From Candidatus Korarchaeum cryptofilum OPF8 (GTDB lineage: Archaea; Korarchaeota; Korarchaeia; Korarchaeales; Korarchaeaceae), in assembly GCF_000019605.1 (NCBI RefSeq), contig NC_010482.1:1320001-1352000 (forward strand): a stretch of DNA of 32,000 nt, written 5' to 3'. Shown here one piece after another: positions 1 to 10,770 of this stretch (positions within the stretch are counted from its first letter, which is position 1; the number at the start of each line of letters is the position of its first letter). The notes under the pieces are model-generated. The model did not search any database. It was not told the DNA's origin and worked only from the letters and a program-made list of their open reading frames with translations. A program made the translations under genes and the position numbers.

Positions 1-894
1 GGCTGTATACTCCCCCTTCGGCAGATCTATCGTTACTGAATTGCTCCCCCTGCTTAAAGAGTAACTCTTATCGCCTATATTTAGCGTAGCTGTGACTGTA
101 TCACCATCGGCCTCATCTATAGTTACCGTTATAGCTTCGCCTCTCTTCACTTCGTTAGGTGCGTTTACGCTTATTGAAGGCGGTGAACCCAGAAGCGTGA
201 CGCTTATGCTCTTACTCTTAGAGTCCGAAACACCTGAATATGTTTTGGTGGCTATAACAGTTATCTGCATTGTTCCTGCGGGTTTGTTCCTCATATCGTA
301 ATTTATCGTGCTGCTGAAGCTTCCAGCTCCGGTTTTAGCTAAGGTGTAGCTGTTCCCGTTGAAGCCAGCTATAACGTTTAGAGAGCCGTAGCTATCATCT
401 ATAACACTTAAACCGCTAGCCGTTATCGTTACGGAGCCTTGCTTGGGCAAAGCCGTTGGATTAGCTGATGCTGAGAAGTCGGGGATGCTCACTATATAAG
501 CTTCGGAGGAGTATTTTTCCAGAGGACCCGTGCTACCCGGAATATCACCTGGATAACATGCCGGCCCGCTGATCTCGCCTGAAACACGGATCTTGAACTT
601 GCCCCCGGGTACGTCGCTCACTGTACAATAACCGCTCCTAGTGCAATACTCCTTCGAGGTCTGACAATCACCGTTGGTCGCGCTCACACTGATGCTGCAG
701 CTGCCCCCACATTCGCAGCTTCCATCAACACTAGCTGAAACATCTATACGTTGCCCGGGCTTCACTGCTGCAGGAACGTTCGCATGCAGGCTTATGCTTC
801 CAGAGCACCTATTCCCTAAACATTTATTGACTTCACCAATGGCTAGGGGTATGATCAATGAGAATAACAAGAGGACCAAGACGGACCTATGCAT
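1..894 (-). CDS. secreted/cell-surface protein, N-terminal part (gene runs off the left edge)
   Basis: Own minus-strand translation from the ATG at 892-894 gives MHRSVLVLLLFSLIIPLAIGEVNKC..., a signal-peptide-like start. A Cys-rich segment follows (CECGGSCS, CQTSKEYCTRSGYC), then Ser/Thr/Val-rich beta-type repeats. The frame stays open to position 1. It is absent from the ORF track because it is truncated. Confidence 0.6.
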   Translation of the reverse strand, partial: MHRSVLVLLLFSLIIPLAIGEVNKCLGNRCSGSISLHANVPAAVKPGQRIDVSASVDGSCECGGSCSISVSATNGDCQTSKEYCTRSGYCTVSDVPGGKFKIRVSGEISGPACYPGDIPGSTGPLEKYSSEAYIVSIPDFSASANPTALPKQGSVTITASGLSVIDDSYGSLNVIAGFNGNSYTLAKTGAGSFSSTINYDMRNKPAGTMQITVIATKTYSGVSDSKSKSISVTLLGSPPSISVNAPNEVKRGEAITVTIDEADGDTVTATLNIGDKSYSLSRGSNSVTIDLPKGEYTA

Positions 895-989
895 AGAGGA
901 ACGGGGTACTGAGATTAAATATGTGATAACTTGTCGTAAGAAATCCGGATGGGAATGAAAGTTTTACTGTCAAGGTATAGTTGAGGTGA

Positions 990-1063
990 TGCGGCCGCCG
1001 GGATTTGAACCCGGGTCTGGGACGTGGCAGGCCCCCATCCTGTCCAGGCTAGACTACGGCCGC
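990..1063 (-). tRNA. tRNA-Gly (anticodon GCC)
   Basis: The reverse complement folds as a cloverleaf: acceptor GCGGCCG/CGGCCGC, T-loop GGTTCAAATCC, anticodon stem GGGGC/GUCCC and loop CUGCCAC. Confidence 0.9.
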
Positions 1064-1093
1064 CTGGCATAATCGAGTTACATATATTTAAGC

Positions 1094-1765
1094 TTGACCA
1101 CTCGTGTGATGGGAATGATAACGCTAGTGCTCGTCGAATCCTCCCTATCCAGGCTTCCAGACTGGGCTAGGAGGAAGGATGTCATCTCTAATTATAAGAA
1201 GGTTTATGGGAAGCCTTATGATGTGCTTGATGTAAATGCTATACCTCCTAGGATGAGGAAAATGGTGGGTGAGAAGGAGGGGAGGCCCGATATAGTTCAT
1301 AGAGCCCTACTCTCAATCACAGATCACCCTCTCTACTCCATGGGGAGGATATCCCTCTACATGCATACAGTCGAGGAGAGGATCTTCAGCTTCTCCCCCT
1401 CAATTAGACCACCTAGGAATTATCTGAGGTTCCTCGGATTGATGGCTGAACTCCTTAGGGAGGGATGGGTTGGGGAGAGTAGGGAAACGGCTTTGATAAG
1501 GGAGGTAGATCTCACGCTGGAGGAGATAGCCGATGGTTCCATACTCCTGGATGAGAGTGGAGAATTCTTGAACCCGATAAGCTTCCTCAAGAGTTTAAAT
1601 GAAGGTAAATTCATCGTTGGATGTTTTCCACATGGAGAATTCTCAGAAAAAGTTGAAAGACTTGCTAAATTTAAGTTGTCCCTCCATAGAGGGACCCTCT
1701 CATCATCAGCAGCTATATCGATGCTCCTGAGTTATGCTTACTACAAGGAGGTCTGGGATCCTTGA
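1094..1765 (+). CDS. nep1: Nep1/Emg1-type SPOUT rRNA (pseudouridine-N1) methyltransferase. The true start is probably the ATG at 1109 or 1115.
   Basis: The 223-aa ORF contains GRPDIVHRALL, typical of the Nep1 family. Length and position next to rnp4/rps19e also fit. Confidence 0.8.
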   Translation: MTTRVMGMITLVLVESSLSRLPDWARRKDVISNYKKVYGKPYDVLDVNAIPPRMRKMVGEKEGRPDIVHRALLSITDHPLYSMGRISLYMHTVEERIFSFSPSIRPPRNYLRFLGLMAELLREGWVGESRETALIREVDLTLEEIADGSILLDESGEFLNPISFLKSLNEGKFIVGCFPHGEFSEKVERLAKFKLSLHRGTLSSSAAISMLLSYAYYKEVWDP

Positions 1766-2067
1766 GGAGGGATAAGAGGAGGGAGAGGGACATAGCCAGG
1801 CAGAGGATAGAGAGACTTTTGAGCTTAGCTGATGAGATATACATGAGGGATAAGGAGCTCGCTATATCCTACGGCGAGCTTGCTAGGAGGATCTCGATGA
1901 GGTATAGGGTTAGGATACCCAGGAAGTGGAGCTGGAGATACTGCAGAAACTGTAAGAAGTTTCTCTACCCCGGGATAAACATGAGAGTCAGGATCAGGTC
2001 GAGGAGGATGCCCCACATCGTGATTATGTGTGGGGAGTGCGGTGGGTTGAATAGGCACCCCTACTGA
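1762..2067 (+). CDS. rnp4: RNase P protein component 4 (Rpp21/Rpr2 family, zinc ribbon)
   Basis: A basic helical N-terminus is followed by CRNC...x20...CGEC zinc-ribbon Cys pairs. The ORF is 101 aa and its start overlaps the nep1 stop. Confidence 0.8.
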   Translation: MRRDKRRERDIARQRIERLLSLADEIYMRDKELAISYGELARRISMRYRVRIPRKWSWRYCRNCKKFLYPGINMRVRIRSRRMPHIVIMCGECGGLNRHPY

Positions 2068-2109
2068 GTAAGGTTTTATATGCATCTTGCAGCATTGCTT
2101 GAGGGGAAA

Positions 2110-2565
2110 ATGCCGACCGCGAGAGAAGTGAGAGCGGACCTCTTGATAGAGAGGTTGAAGGAGGAGCTCAAGAAGTTTGATGGAATTAAGCCGCCAGACT
2201 GGGCTTATTACACGAAAACAGGCTCTCATAAGGAGAGACCACCTATACAGGAGGACTGGTGGTACATAAGAGCCGCTTCGCTGCTCAGGACCCTTTACTT
2301 GAGGGGCGAGCCAGTGGGGGTAGAGAGGCTCCGCACCAAGTATGGAGGAAGGAAGAAGAGAGGAGTGAGGCCCGAGAGATTCGCTAAGGGGAGCGGGCAT
2401 GTCATAAGGCTTATACTCCAGCAGCTCGAGTCATTAGGACTAGTCGAGAAAGTGGAGGGTAGGGGGAGGAGGATATCTCCCGCTGGCATCTCCCTCCTGG
2501 ATAAACTCGCTGGTGAGATAATCAAGGAGCTGAATATAACGCCCGGGAAGGTGGTACCACCATGA
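2110..2565 (+). CDS. rps19e: 30S ribosomal protein S19e (eS19)
   Basis: ORF 2080..2565 with an internal ATG at 2110 (MPTAREV...). Motifs PDWAYYTKTGSHKERPP, WWYIRAASLLR and GGRKKRGVRP are typical of S19e. Confidence 0.9.
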   Translation: MPTAREVRADLLIERLKEELKKFDGIKPPDWAYYTKTGSHKERPPIQEDWWYIRAASLLRTLYLRGEPVGVERLRTKYGGRKKRGVRPERFAKGSGHVIRLILQQLESLGLVEKVEGRGRRISPAGISLLDKLAGEIIKELNITPGKVVPP

Positions 2566-2882
2566 GCGAGGATGAGGCCCTAAGGAGACTCCAGGAGAAG
2601 ATATTGGCTGAGATGAGTGAGAAGAAGGAGAGGGAGGAGGAAGCCAGAGAGCTGCAGAGGATAGATGCCATAGTAAAATCTTTACTAACGAGTGATGCAT
2701 GGCAGAGGTTGAAGAGAGTGGAGCTAGTTAAACCTGAGCTGGCGAATGATGTTAAGATATATTTAATCCAGCTCTATTCAGCCGGTAAGCTCACTAGGAA
2801 GCTCACCGATGACGAGCTGAAGACTCTCCTGGCAAGCTTATCCGAGAGGGCGAAGAGGGATTTCAATATAAGGGTTGTTTGA
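2562..2882 (+). CDS. PDCD5/TFAR19-like double-stranded-DNA-binding protein
   Basis: The 106-aa ORF has a charged helical N-terminus and ...LLTSDAWQRLKRVELVKPELA...IYLIQL..., typical of the archaeal PDCD5 family. It sits in the usual position between rps19e and rpl39e. Confidence 0.75.
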   Translation: MSEDEALRRLQEKILAEMSEKKEREEEARELQRIDAIVKSLLTSDAWQRLKRVELVKPELANDVKIYLIQLYSAGKLTRKLTDDELKTLLASLSERAKRDFNIRVV

Positions 2883-2891
2883 GGTGATATT

Positions 2892-3044
2892 ATGGCTTCC
2901 CAGAGGCTCTTGAGTAGTAAGCTCAGGTATGCTAGTGCCATGAAGAGTAATAAGAGACTCCCAACTTGGGTCTTCGTGAAAACGAGGAGAAGAGTTAGAG
3001 GAAGGCCCAGAAGGAACTGGAGGAGGAGTAGACTCCAGCTTTAG
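2892..3044 (+). CDS. rpl39e: 50S ribosomal protein L39e (eL39). This small ORF is missing from the ORF track.
   Basis: Own translation gives MASQRLLSSKLRYASAMKSNKRLPTWVFVKTRRRVRGRPRRNWRRSRLQL*, 50 aa and very basic. A GAGGTGAT Shine-Dalgarno lies at 2881-2888. Confidence 0.85.
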   Translation: MASQRLLSSKLRYASAMKSNKRLPTWVFVKTRRRVRGRPRRNWRRSRLQL

Positions 3045-3053
3045 GTGATCCTT

Positions 3054-3314
3054 ATGGCGGAGCTCACCTTCAATTTCAATATAGGTATCCTCCTGAGGGC
3101 GAAGTACCCAGCCGAGAAGAGAGCTGCTAGGGCCGTCAAGATGATAAGGGATCTCGTGAAGAGGCATGCTAAACTGAATGATTACGAGATAAGAGTTAGA
3201 CCGGAGCTGAATGAACTTCTATGGAGCAGAGGGGCTTCTAACCCGCCGGGAAAGATTAGAGTTAGGGTAGTTATAGATGAGGAGGAAAAGATAGCGACGA
3301 TCTGGCCAGCCTGA
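3054..3314 (+). CDS. rpl31e: 50S ribosomal protein L31e (eL31)
   Basis: ORF 3045..3314 with an ATG at 3054 preceded by AGGTGATC. The RAARAVKMIRDLVKRH...ELNELLWSRG...PPGKIRV pattern fits L31e. Confidence 0.9.
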   Translation: MAELTFNFNIGILLRAKYPAEKRAARAVKMIRDLVKRHAKLNDYEIRVRPELNELLWSRGASNPPGKIRVRVVIDEEEKIATIWPA

Positions 3315-3322
3315 GTGATATT

Positions 3323-3991
3323 ATGATCTTAAAGGCCAAGGTACTGGGGAGCTCGAATCTCGGGATCTATCTCAGGGTCGCTGGGAGGTATCTGCTGACC
3401 CCAAAAGGTGTGAGCCGCTCCCTAGAGGGGCTCGCTGATAAGCTGGGCCTTAAGATCGTTGAGGCTAGTGTCTATGAGAGCAGGATGCTCGGGGTCCTCA
3501 CCGTAGCTAACAGTAGAGCCCTGCTCCTTCCCTCCCTCTCCTCAGAGAGGGAGCTGAGGGATCTAAGGGAGAAGTTGGACGTCGAAGTGCATGCCCTCCC
3601 CACCACGAAGCTAACGGCTCTGGGAAATGATATCGTCGCTAACGATTATGGAGCTATAGTTCATCCATCATTCACGGATCATGAGCTCGATATAATAGCT
3701 AAGCTACTGGGAGTGAAGGTTATGAGGGGAAGAGTGGGAGGCATCCCCGTCGTAGGTTCCTTAGTTGTCGCCAATAACAGAGGTTGCCTCATCTCACCAT
3801 CCGCCGATGATTCGGAGCTCAAGGGCATCTCGGATACGCTTGGAGTGGAGTGCCTGAAGGGAACCATAAATGATGGCGTCATCTACGTCAGAGTTGGCCT
3901 AGTGGCTTGCGATTCCGGTGCTCTGGTGGGGTTCCCGACGACCCCTATCGAGATAGAGAACCTGGCGGAAGCGCTTAAAATAGAGCCTTGA
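3323..3991 (+). CDS. eif6: translation initiation factor 6 (aIF6/eIF6)
   Basis: The 222-aa ORF shows the repeated pentein-like segments (GSSNLGIY, NDYGAIVHP, NNRGCLISP, DSGALVG) characteristic of IF6. The synteny rpl39e-rpl31e-eif6 also fits. Confidence 0.9.
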   Translation: MILKAKVLGSSNLGIYLRVAGRYLLTPKGVSRSLEGLADKLGLKIVEASVYESRMLGVLTVANSRALLLPSLSSERELRDLREKLDVEVHALPTTKLTALGNDIVANDYGAIVHPSFTDHELDIIAKLLGVKVMRGRVGGIPVVGSLVVANNRGCLISPSADDSELKGISDTLGVECLKGTINDGVIYVRVGLVACDSGALVGFPTTPIEIENLAEALKIEP

Positions 3992-4011
3992 TAAAGTAGC
4001 GAGGTGGCATC

Positions 4012-4398
4012 ATGAGCGAAGACAATATAGCTTTCCTCCAGTCACTCTACAGATACCTTCTGGATGAGTACAATAGGCTAAATCTCCTCAAGAGCGATTT
4101 GGAGAGGAGCATAGAGACTCTGAAGGCTCTGAGTAAATCTAGCGAGGAGAGCATCGGTCCCCTGATACTGCCCATCTCAACCTTCATCTCCCTCTTCGTT
4201 GAAGCTGCTAAAGCTAGGGAAGTGCTCGTCCTCATGGGAGGGAATGTTTACGCCAAGATGGGGCCAGAGGAGGCCTTAAAGCAGATGAAAGAGAGGCTAG
4301 AGGAAGTAAATGAGGGGATAAGGGAAGTGAGTAACAACCTGGCCAAGGTTCAGATAGAGTTAGAGAATGCCCAGAGGATGGTGAGACGTGCTAGGTAG
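4012..4398 (+). CDS. pfdA: prefoldin alpha subunit
   Basis: The 128-aa coiled-coil protein has a central beta-hairpin region, ...VLVLMGGNVYAKMGPEEALKQMKERL.... It sits in the conserved eif6-pfdA-ftsY position. Confidence 0.7.
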   Translation: MSEDNIAFLQSLYRYLLDEYNRLNLLKSDLERSIETLKALSKSSEESIGPLILPISTFISLFVEAAKAREVLVLMGGNVYAKMGPEEALKQMKERLEEVNEGIREVSNNLAKVQIELENAQRMVRRAR

Positions 4399-5260
4399 TT
4401 TGATAGATAAATTGAGCTCCTTAGGTATAGCTAAGAAGAAATGGAGCAAGAAAGATGTCCTCAATATATTCAGTGAACTGGAGATCGAGCTCCTCTCGAG
4501 GGGAATTCCTCCATCCCTATTCGAGAGGATAAGGGATCGCGTATCCATCAAGCTCGAGGGAGTTGAGACTAGAGGGGATCCGAGGAAGATCGTTGAGGAT
4601 GCGATAAGGGAAGCCATATTAGAGATGACCCCGAAGCCTCTCATGGTCGAGGAGTTGAAGGGGGAGAGGAAGCCATTTAAGGTGGTCTTCTTCGGCTTCA
4701 ATGGTGTCGGGAAGTCACTGAGCATAGTCAAGTTAGCTAAATATCTGCAGGATATGGGGGGCAGAGTCCTCGTCGTCTCCGCGGACACTTATAGGGCTGC
4801 AGCAGGGGAGCAGTTAGAGGGTTACTGCAGAGCAGCGGGCATAAGCATTTTCAAGGGACAGAGGGGCTCAGATCCATCAGCCGTCTGTTTCGATGCGATG
4901 AGCATGGCATCTGCGAGGGGTTACTCGCACCTCCTGATAGATACTGCTGGCAGGAATTACCTCAATAAGAACCTGATAGAGGAGCTTAGGAAGATATTTA
5001 GGGTAGTTGAGCCGGACTTGAGGGTGCTGGTTTTAGATGGAGTCGCGGGAAACGATGTTTTAAGCCAATGCGATTCCTTCAATGAGGTCGGTTATGATGC
5101 GATTATAGTGACGAAAGTGGATGCTGGCGGCCCCATCGTCCCCCTTTTTGCCTCGATACATTCAGGTAAACCGGTCCTTTTCGTGGGAACTGGTCAAAGT
5201 TTCTCGGATATCGCTACATTCGACCCCAGAGTCGCAGTAGAGCTTATATTGAGAAGCTAG
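4388..5260 (+). CDS. ftsY: signal recognition particle receptor FtsY
   Basis: SRP-GTPase motifs are present: GFNGVGKSLS (G1), DTAGR (G3) and TKVDA (G4). The ORF is 290 aa. Confidence 0.9.
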   Translation: MLGSLIDKLSSLGIAKKKWSKKDVLNIFSELEIELLSRGIPPSLFERIRDRVSIKLEGVETRGDPRKIVEDAIREAILEMTPKPLMVEELKGERKPFKVVFFGFNGVGKSLSIVKLAKYLQDMGGRVLVVSADTYRAAAGEQLEGYCRAAGISIFKGQRGSDPSAVCFDAMSMASARGYSHLLIDTAGRNYLNKNLIEELRKIFRVVEPDLRVLVLDGVAGNDVLSQCDSFNEVGYDAIIVTKVDAGGPIVPLFASIHSGKPVLFVGTGQSFSDIATFDPRVAVELILRS

Positions 5261-5271
5261 CCCCATCCTAG

Positions 5272-6210
5272 GTGGTTCGCATGTCCGTGCTGAGGAGCCT
5301 CAGGGGAAGGGATTTCCTCACTCTACTAGATCTCACCCCGCTGGAGTTCAAGGCCCTGCTCAGGAGATCTTGGGAGCACAAATATGGCGTAGTGCCTAAG
5401 GACCTGCTCAAGGGGAAGTATGTGGCTGGTATATTCGAGAAGCCCTCTACTAGGACTAGGGTCTCCATAAGCGTCGCCACATTCGATCTAGGGGGCGTAT
5501 TCCTAGAGCTCCCAATATCGAACCTTCAGATAGCCAGGGGCGAGAGCATAAGGGACACTGCCGAAGTGCTCAGCAGGTTCGTTCATGCCATAGCTGCTAG
5601 AGTGAAACAACAATCTACACTCGAGGAACTAGCTAAATGGGCCAGCATCCCCGTTATAAATTTACTCAGCGATAAATTCCATCCTCTCCAGGCCCTAGCA
5701 GATATCTTCACGATTCAGGAGTTCTTTGGGGATAAGAAAGTTAAAGTGGTTTTCTTGGGGGATGGAAGCGCCAACACGAATCACAGCTTGATGATAGCCT
5801 CCGCCTTAATGGGTTACGATTACTCCGTAGGTGCGCCCAAGGATTACTGGCCATCGAGCGACGTCGTGAAAAGAGTTGAGGAGATAATGAAAAAGACCGG
5901 GGGTACGTTGAGCATATTAGAGGATCCCGTGGAGGCTGTTAAGGGTGCTGACGTCATATATACGGACACATGGAAGTCCATGGGTGTGGAGGATGTTGAG
6001 AGGAGGATGAAAGTCTTCCCGCCTTACCAGGTCAATATGGAGATCGTGAAGAAAGCTAGCCCGAGGGTCAAGGTCATGCACTGCCAGCCCTGGTATATAG
6101 GGGAGGAGATAACTGAGGATGTCGCTTATAGCGAGTATTCAATAGCTTTCGAGCAGGCGGAGAATAGGCTGCATACCGCTAAGGCGGTGCTCGAGGCATT
6201 ACTATCCTAA
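5272..6210 (+). CDS. argF: ornithine carbamoyltransferase
   Basis: Motifs STRTR, HPLQALAD, DTWKSMG and HCQP (HCLP-like) are present. The ORF is 312 aa. Confidence 0.8.
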   Translation: MVRMSVLRSLRGRDFLTLLDLTPLEFKALLRRSWEHKYGVVPKDLLKGKYVAGIFEKPSTRTRVSISVATFDLGGVFLELPISNLQIARGESIRDTAEVLSRFVHAIAARVKQQSTLEELAKWASIPVINLLSDKFHPLQALADIFTIQEFFGDKKVKVVFLGDGSANTNHSLMIASALMGYDYSVGAPKDYWPSSDVVKRVEEIMKKTGGTLSILEDPVEAVKGADVIYTDTWKSMGVEDVERRMKVFPPYQVNMEIVKKASPRVKVMHCQPWYIGEEITEDVAYSEYSIAFEQAENRLHTAKAVLEALLS

Positions 6211-6211
6211 C

Positions 6212-6216
6212 TTTTT
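6212..6216 (+). terminator. oligo-T tract directly after the argF stop (candidate archaeal terminator)
   Basis: A TTTTT run lies immediately after TAA. Archaeal RNAP terminates at oligo-T. Confidence 0.35.
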
Positions 6217-6356
6217 AACTGGCCCGTCCTTCCTAGCTGGGATTTAAAGGTGTGTGTTTTTACATTTTAATCATCCTCTCAGATAAATTTTAGGGGGCAT
6301 CCGGTGGGCATCGATGGGCTCCCCTCTATGATATGCTTCAAGAATGCGACGCTAAG

Positions 6357-6364
6357 TTTATATA
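6357..6364 (+). promoter_or_regulatory. candidate TATA box of the rRNA operon promoter
   Basis: TTTATATA is preceded by a purine-rich BRE-like GCTAAG, about 200 nt upstream of the 16S 5' end. It is the only strong TATA-like element in the 6.21-6.52 kb spacer. Confidence 0.45.
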
Positions 6365-6518
6365 GGCGAACCTCTCCATTCTAGCTTGGCCCACCGCTAT
6401 CCCGGCGGGGGGTCCGAGTATGAAGGCTGATGCCTGACATATGAGGGCCCTCCTTCCAGCTGTGGGCACAATAGATATGGGCTATGTGAACATGAGCCGA
6501 GGGCTCATGTTCGAGAGA

Positions 6519-6545
6519 GTTCGGATGGTTCCCGTGAATGGTGGG
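6519..6545 (+). promoter_or_regulatory. 5' strand of the pre-16S processing helix, with a bulge-helix-bulge motif
   Basis: GTTCGGATGGTTCC pairs with GGAACCATCCGAAC (8086-8099). A 4-bp CGTG/CACG follows, then a 3-nt bulge AAT (6537-6539), then GGTGGG/CCCACC. Confidence 0.8.
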
Positions 6546-6562
6546 ATCGCGGCTGTACTCCG

Positions 6563-8057
<1,495 letters not shown>

Positions 8058-8072
8058 CATTATGTTTGCGAG

Positions 8073-8099
8073 CCCACCCACGAAGGGAACCATCCGAAC
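8073..8099 (+). promoter_or_regulatory. 3' strand of the pre-16S processing helix (BHB)
   Basis: The order is CCCACC, CACG, bulge AAG (8083-8085), GGAACCATCCGAAC. It is complementary to 6519-6545. Confidence 0.8.
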
Positions 8100-8152
8100 T
8101 CCCATGAGGCGGGCGAGGCGCAACCTCGTCCGCTGAGGCGCGAGGCAACTAT

Positions 8153-8195
8153 GAGCGCTCAGCATAGTTCGAGAAGCCAAAGGCCGGCGCTGGCA
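8153..8195 (+). promoter_or_regulatory. 5' strand of the pre-23S processing helix, with a canonical BHB
   Basis: GAGCGCTCAGCATAGTTCGAGA pairs with 11751-11772. A 4-bp AGCC/GGCT follows, then bulge AAA (8179-8181), then GGCCGGCGCTGGCA pairing with 11730-11743. Confidence 0.85.
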
Positions 8196-10225
8196 CGCTG
8201 CTACGCCGCCTGGTGGATGGCTCGGCTCGGGCGCCGAGGAAGGGGGTGGCAAGCTGCCATAAGCCCCGGGGAGCCGCAGGCAGGCTTCGATCCGGGGATC
8301 CCCGAATGGCGATGCCGCCGAGAGGCGCTCCCGGCAGGGAGCGGGAACCCCCCGAATTGAAGCATCTCAGTAGGGGGAGGAGGAGAAACCAACCGGGATG
8401 CCCTGAGTACCGGCGAGGGAAAGGGGCTGAGCTCAAACCGAACTCCCGCTCGCGAGAGCGGGTGGATGTGGGGTTGCGGGGGGATCGGGAGCCGCTGGGA
8501 GGGAAGCCGAAGTGGCCTGGAACGGCCCGCCATAGAGGGTGAGAGCCCCGTAGGCGTAACCTACCAGCGGTCCGGTCCTCTCCCGAGTACCGTGGGTTGG
8601 AATACCCGCGGGAATCCGGGGGTCATCGACCTCCAAAGCTAAATACGTCCCGAGACCGATAGCGAACTGAGTACCGTGAGGGAAAGCTGAAAAGCACCGC
8701 TGGCGCGGGGTGAAAAGAGCCTGAAACCAGGCGGTCATAGGAGCGGCGGCCCTCAAGGGCTGAAGCTCCCGAAGGAAAATGCCGCGAGGCATGAGTACGA
8801 GGGAGCGGACCGGGGTCGCCCCGTACGTCTTGAAACACGCGCCGGGGAGTTCACGGGCGTGGCGAGCCTAAGGGCTTTAAGCCCGAAGGCGGAGCGAAAG
8901 CGAGGACCCCGCAGCGATGCGAGGGGGTCGCCTCCGAAAGGGGGTTCAGTCACGCTCGTGAGACCAGAAGCCGGGCGATCTACTCCTGGGCAGGGCGAAG
9001 CCGGGTCGCGAGCCCGGTGGAGGCCCGATAGGGATGGTGAGGTGCAAATCCCTCCCGTGACCTGGGAGTAGGGGCAAAAGACCAATCTAGCCCGGCAATA
9101 GCTGGTTCCCGCCGAAGCCTCCCGCAGGAGGATCTCCGCGGAGGGTGGGGGCGTGGTAGGGCAACGATTGGGTGGGTAAGGGGCTCCGCCCCGCCACCCT
9201 CTCGAACCCCGAATGCGCCTCCCCCGTAGAAGCGGGGAGCCGGGCGGCGGGGGGAAGCTCCGTCGCCGAGAGGGGAACAACCCGGACCGGGGTTAAGGTC
9301 CCCAAGTCCTGGCTAAGTGCCGAAATCCGAAGGGCGTCTCCCTCCTAAGACAGCGGGGAGGTAGGCTCAGAAGCAGCCATCCTTTAAAGAGTGCGTAAAA
9401 GCTCACCCGCCGAGGAGGGAGGCCCCCAAAATGAGTCGGGGCTGAAGCCAGGCACCGATACCCCGGCAGCGTCCTGGAAGGGCGCTGGGTAGGCGGGCGC
9501 GCACACCGGGCGGAAGCCGGGGCGTGAGCTCCGGTGGACCGGTGTGTGTTGCAAATCCCGGCGGTAGTAGCAGCGAAGTGGGGTGAGAATCCCCACGGCC
9601 GAAAGCGCCAGGGTTCGCCGGCAATGCTTCGTCAGCCGGCGGTTAGCCGGTCCTAAGGCGGCACCCAGCTGGTAGCCGCCGAAAGGGAAGCCGGTTAATA
9701 TTCCGGCGCCACCGGGGTAGGCGGCAACGCAGGCCTCACCCCTGACGCCTCGGGCTAGGCTGAGCGGGGGCCCGCTGAGGCGGGCGACCCGTCCAAGCGC
9801 TTAAGGCCGCCGAGAACCGTAATGGTGAGAAGCGGCTGAAGGCGCGATGGGGGCCCCTTTGGGGGCCTTCGGCTCATGCCTGGGGACCTTGAAAAGGGGG
9901 TGGGGAGCGATCCCCGGTGCCCGTACCGAGATCCGACACAGGTGCGCTGGCTGAGAAGGCCTAAGGCCTATCGGTCCTAACGCGGGAGAGGGAACTCGGC
10001 AAATTGGCCCCGTAACTTCGGGAGATGGGGTGCCTGCGTTCCTCCGAAAGGGGGTCCGCAGGTCGCAGTGACAAGGGGCGCCCGACTGTTTAACAAAAAC
10101 ATAGTTCCCCGCGAGCCCGCAAGGGTGTGTACGGGGGATGAGGCCTGGCCAATGCCGGTACCTGAAGCCCCGGTACAACGGGGTGAAGGGCCGGTGAAAG
10201 CCGGGAGTAACTCTGACTCTCTTAA

Positions 10226-10770
10226 CGGCAGGTCCCCACTGCCCCCCGAAAGAAATTTTAATCCCTCAGTGAGTGAAAGCGCAATGGACGGAAGGATAGA
10301 AGGGTATGTGGTGGGATTCATAGATGCTGAAGGGAGCTTCTCTGTGAGCATAAAGTTACAGAAAGGCCTCAGATATGGAATCCGCCTCGATCCTGTGTTC
10401 AGTGTAACGCAGAGGGAGAGGGAACCTATAGATACGATAATACATGTGTTAAACGCGGGCAGGATCATAAGGAAGCCGGGGCAACCGCATTTATATCTGC
10501 TGGTAATAGACAGTATATCGGAGCTCATTGGAAAACTGATACCCTTCTTGGAGAGGAACATCGACTTACTGTGTGCGAAGAAACACCAGTACATTCTCTT
10601 CAGGGATATCGTGAGAGGGCTCCATGAAGCCCGACATAAGGATATCGGGGGGATGTATGATCTTGTGATTAAGGCTTATGAGCTCTCCGATTTAAGTATG
10701 AAATCGAATAGGAGGAGGAGTTTGGATGATGTTCTCTTAATGCTTAAGCAGTGGGGACCGCCGGGGGAAA
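10226..10770 (+). mobile_element. archaeal-type (splicing-endonuclease/BHB) intron in 23S rRNA domain IV
   Basis: The conserved 23S sequence ...GACTCTCTTAA|GGTAGCCA... is split by 545 nt. The intron ends form a perfect 12-bp helix (GGTCCCCACTGC at 10231-10242 with GCAGTGGGGACC at 10748-10759) plus CGGC/GCCG, flanked by A-rich 3-nt bulge candidates. The junction is ambiguous by 1-2 nt because of AA repeats. Confidence 0.85.

Noticed and set aside
3992-4011. Absence of the small ribosomal protein LX (L18Ae) gene that often lies between eif6 and pfdA
   Set aside because: Only 20 nt separate the two genes, so nothing is hidden here. Lineage-specific absence or relocation of rplX is known and cannot be assessed from one window.
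8058-8181. Looked for a spacer tRNA-Ala in the 16S-23S ITS and for a 5S rRNA gene after the 23S
   Set aside because: The ITS consists only of the two processing-helix strands and no cloverleaf can be folded. The sequence after the 23S is a convergent tRNA-Arg and then the CRISPR array. There is no 5S-like sequence in the window.
10068-10283. N-terminal 72 codons of track ORF 10068..10775
   Set aside because: Positions 10068-10225 are conserved 23S exon sequence (..GACTGTTTAACAAAAACA.., ..CTCTTAA). The frame is merely open there. The endonuclease most plausibly starts at the intronic ATG at 10284.
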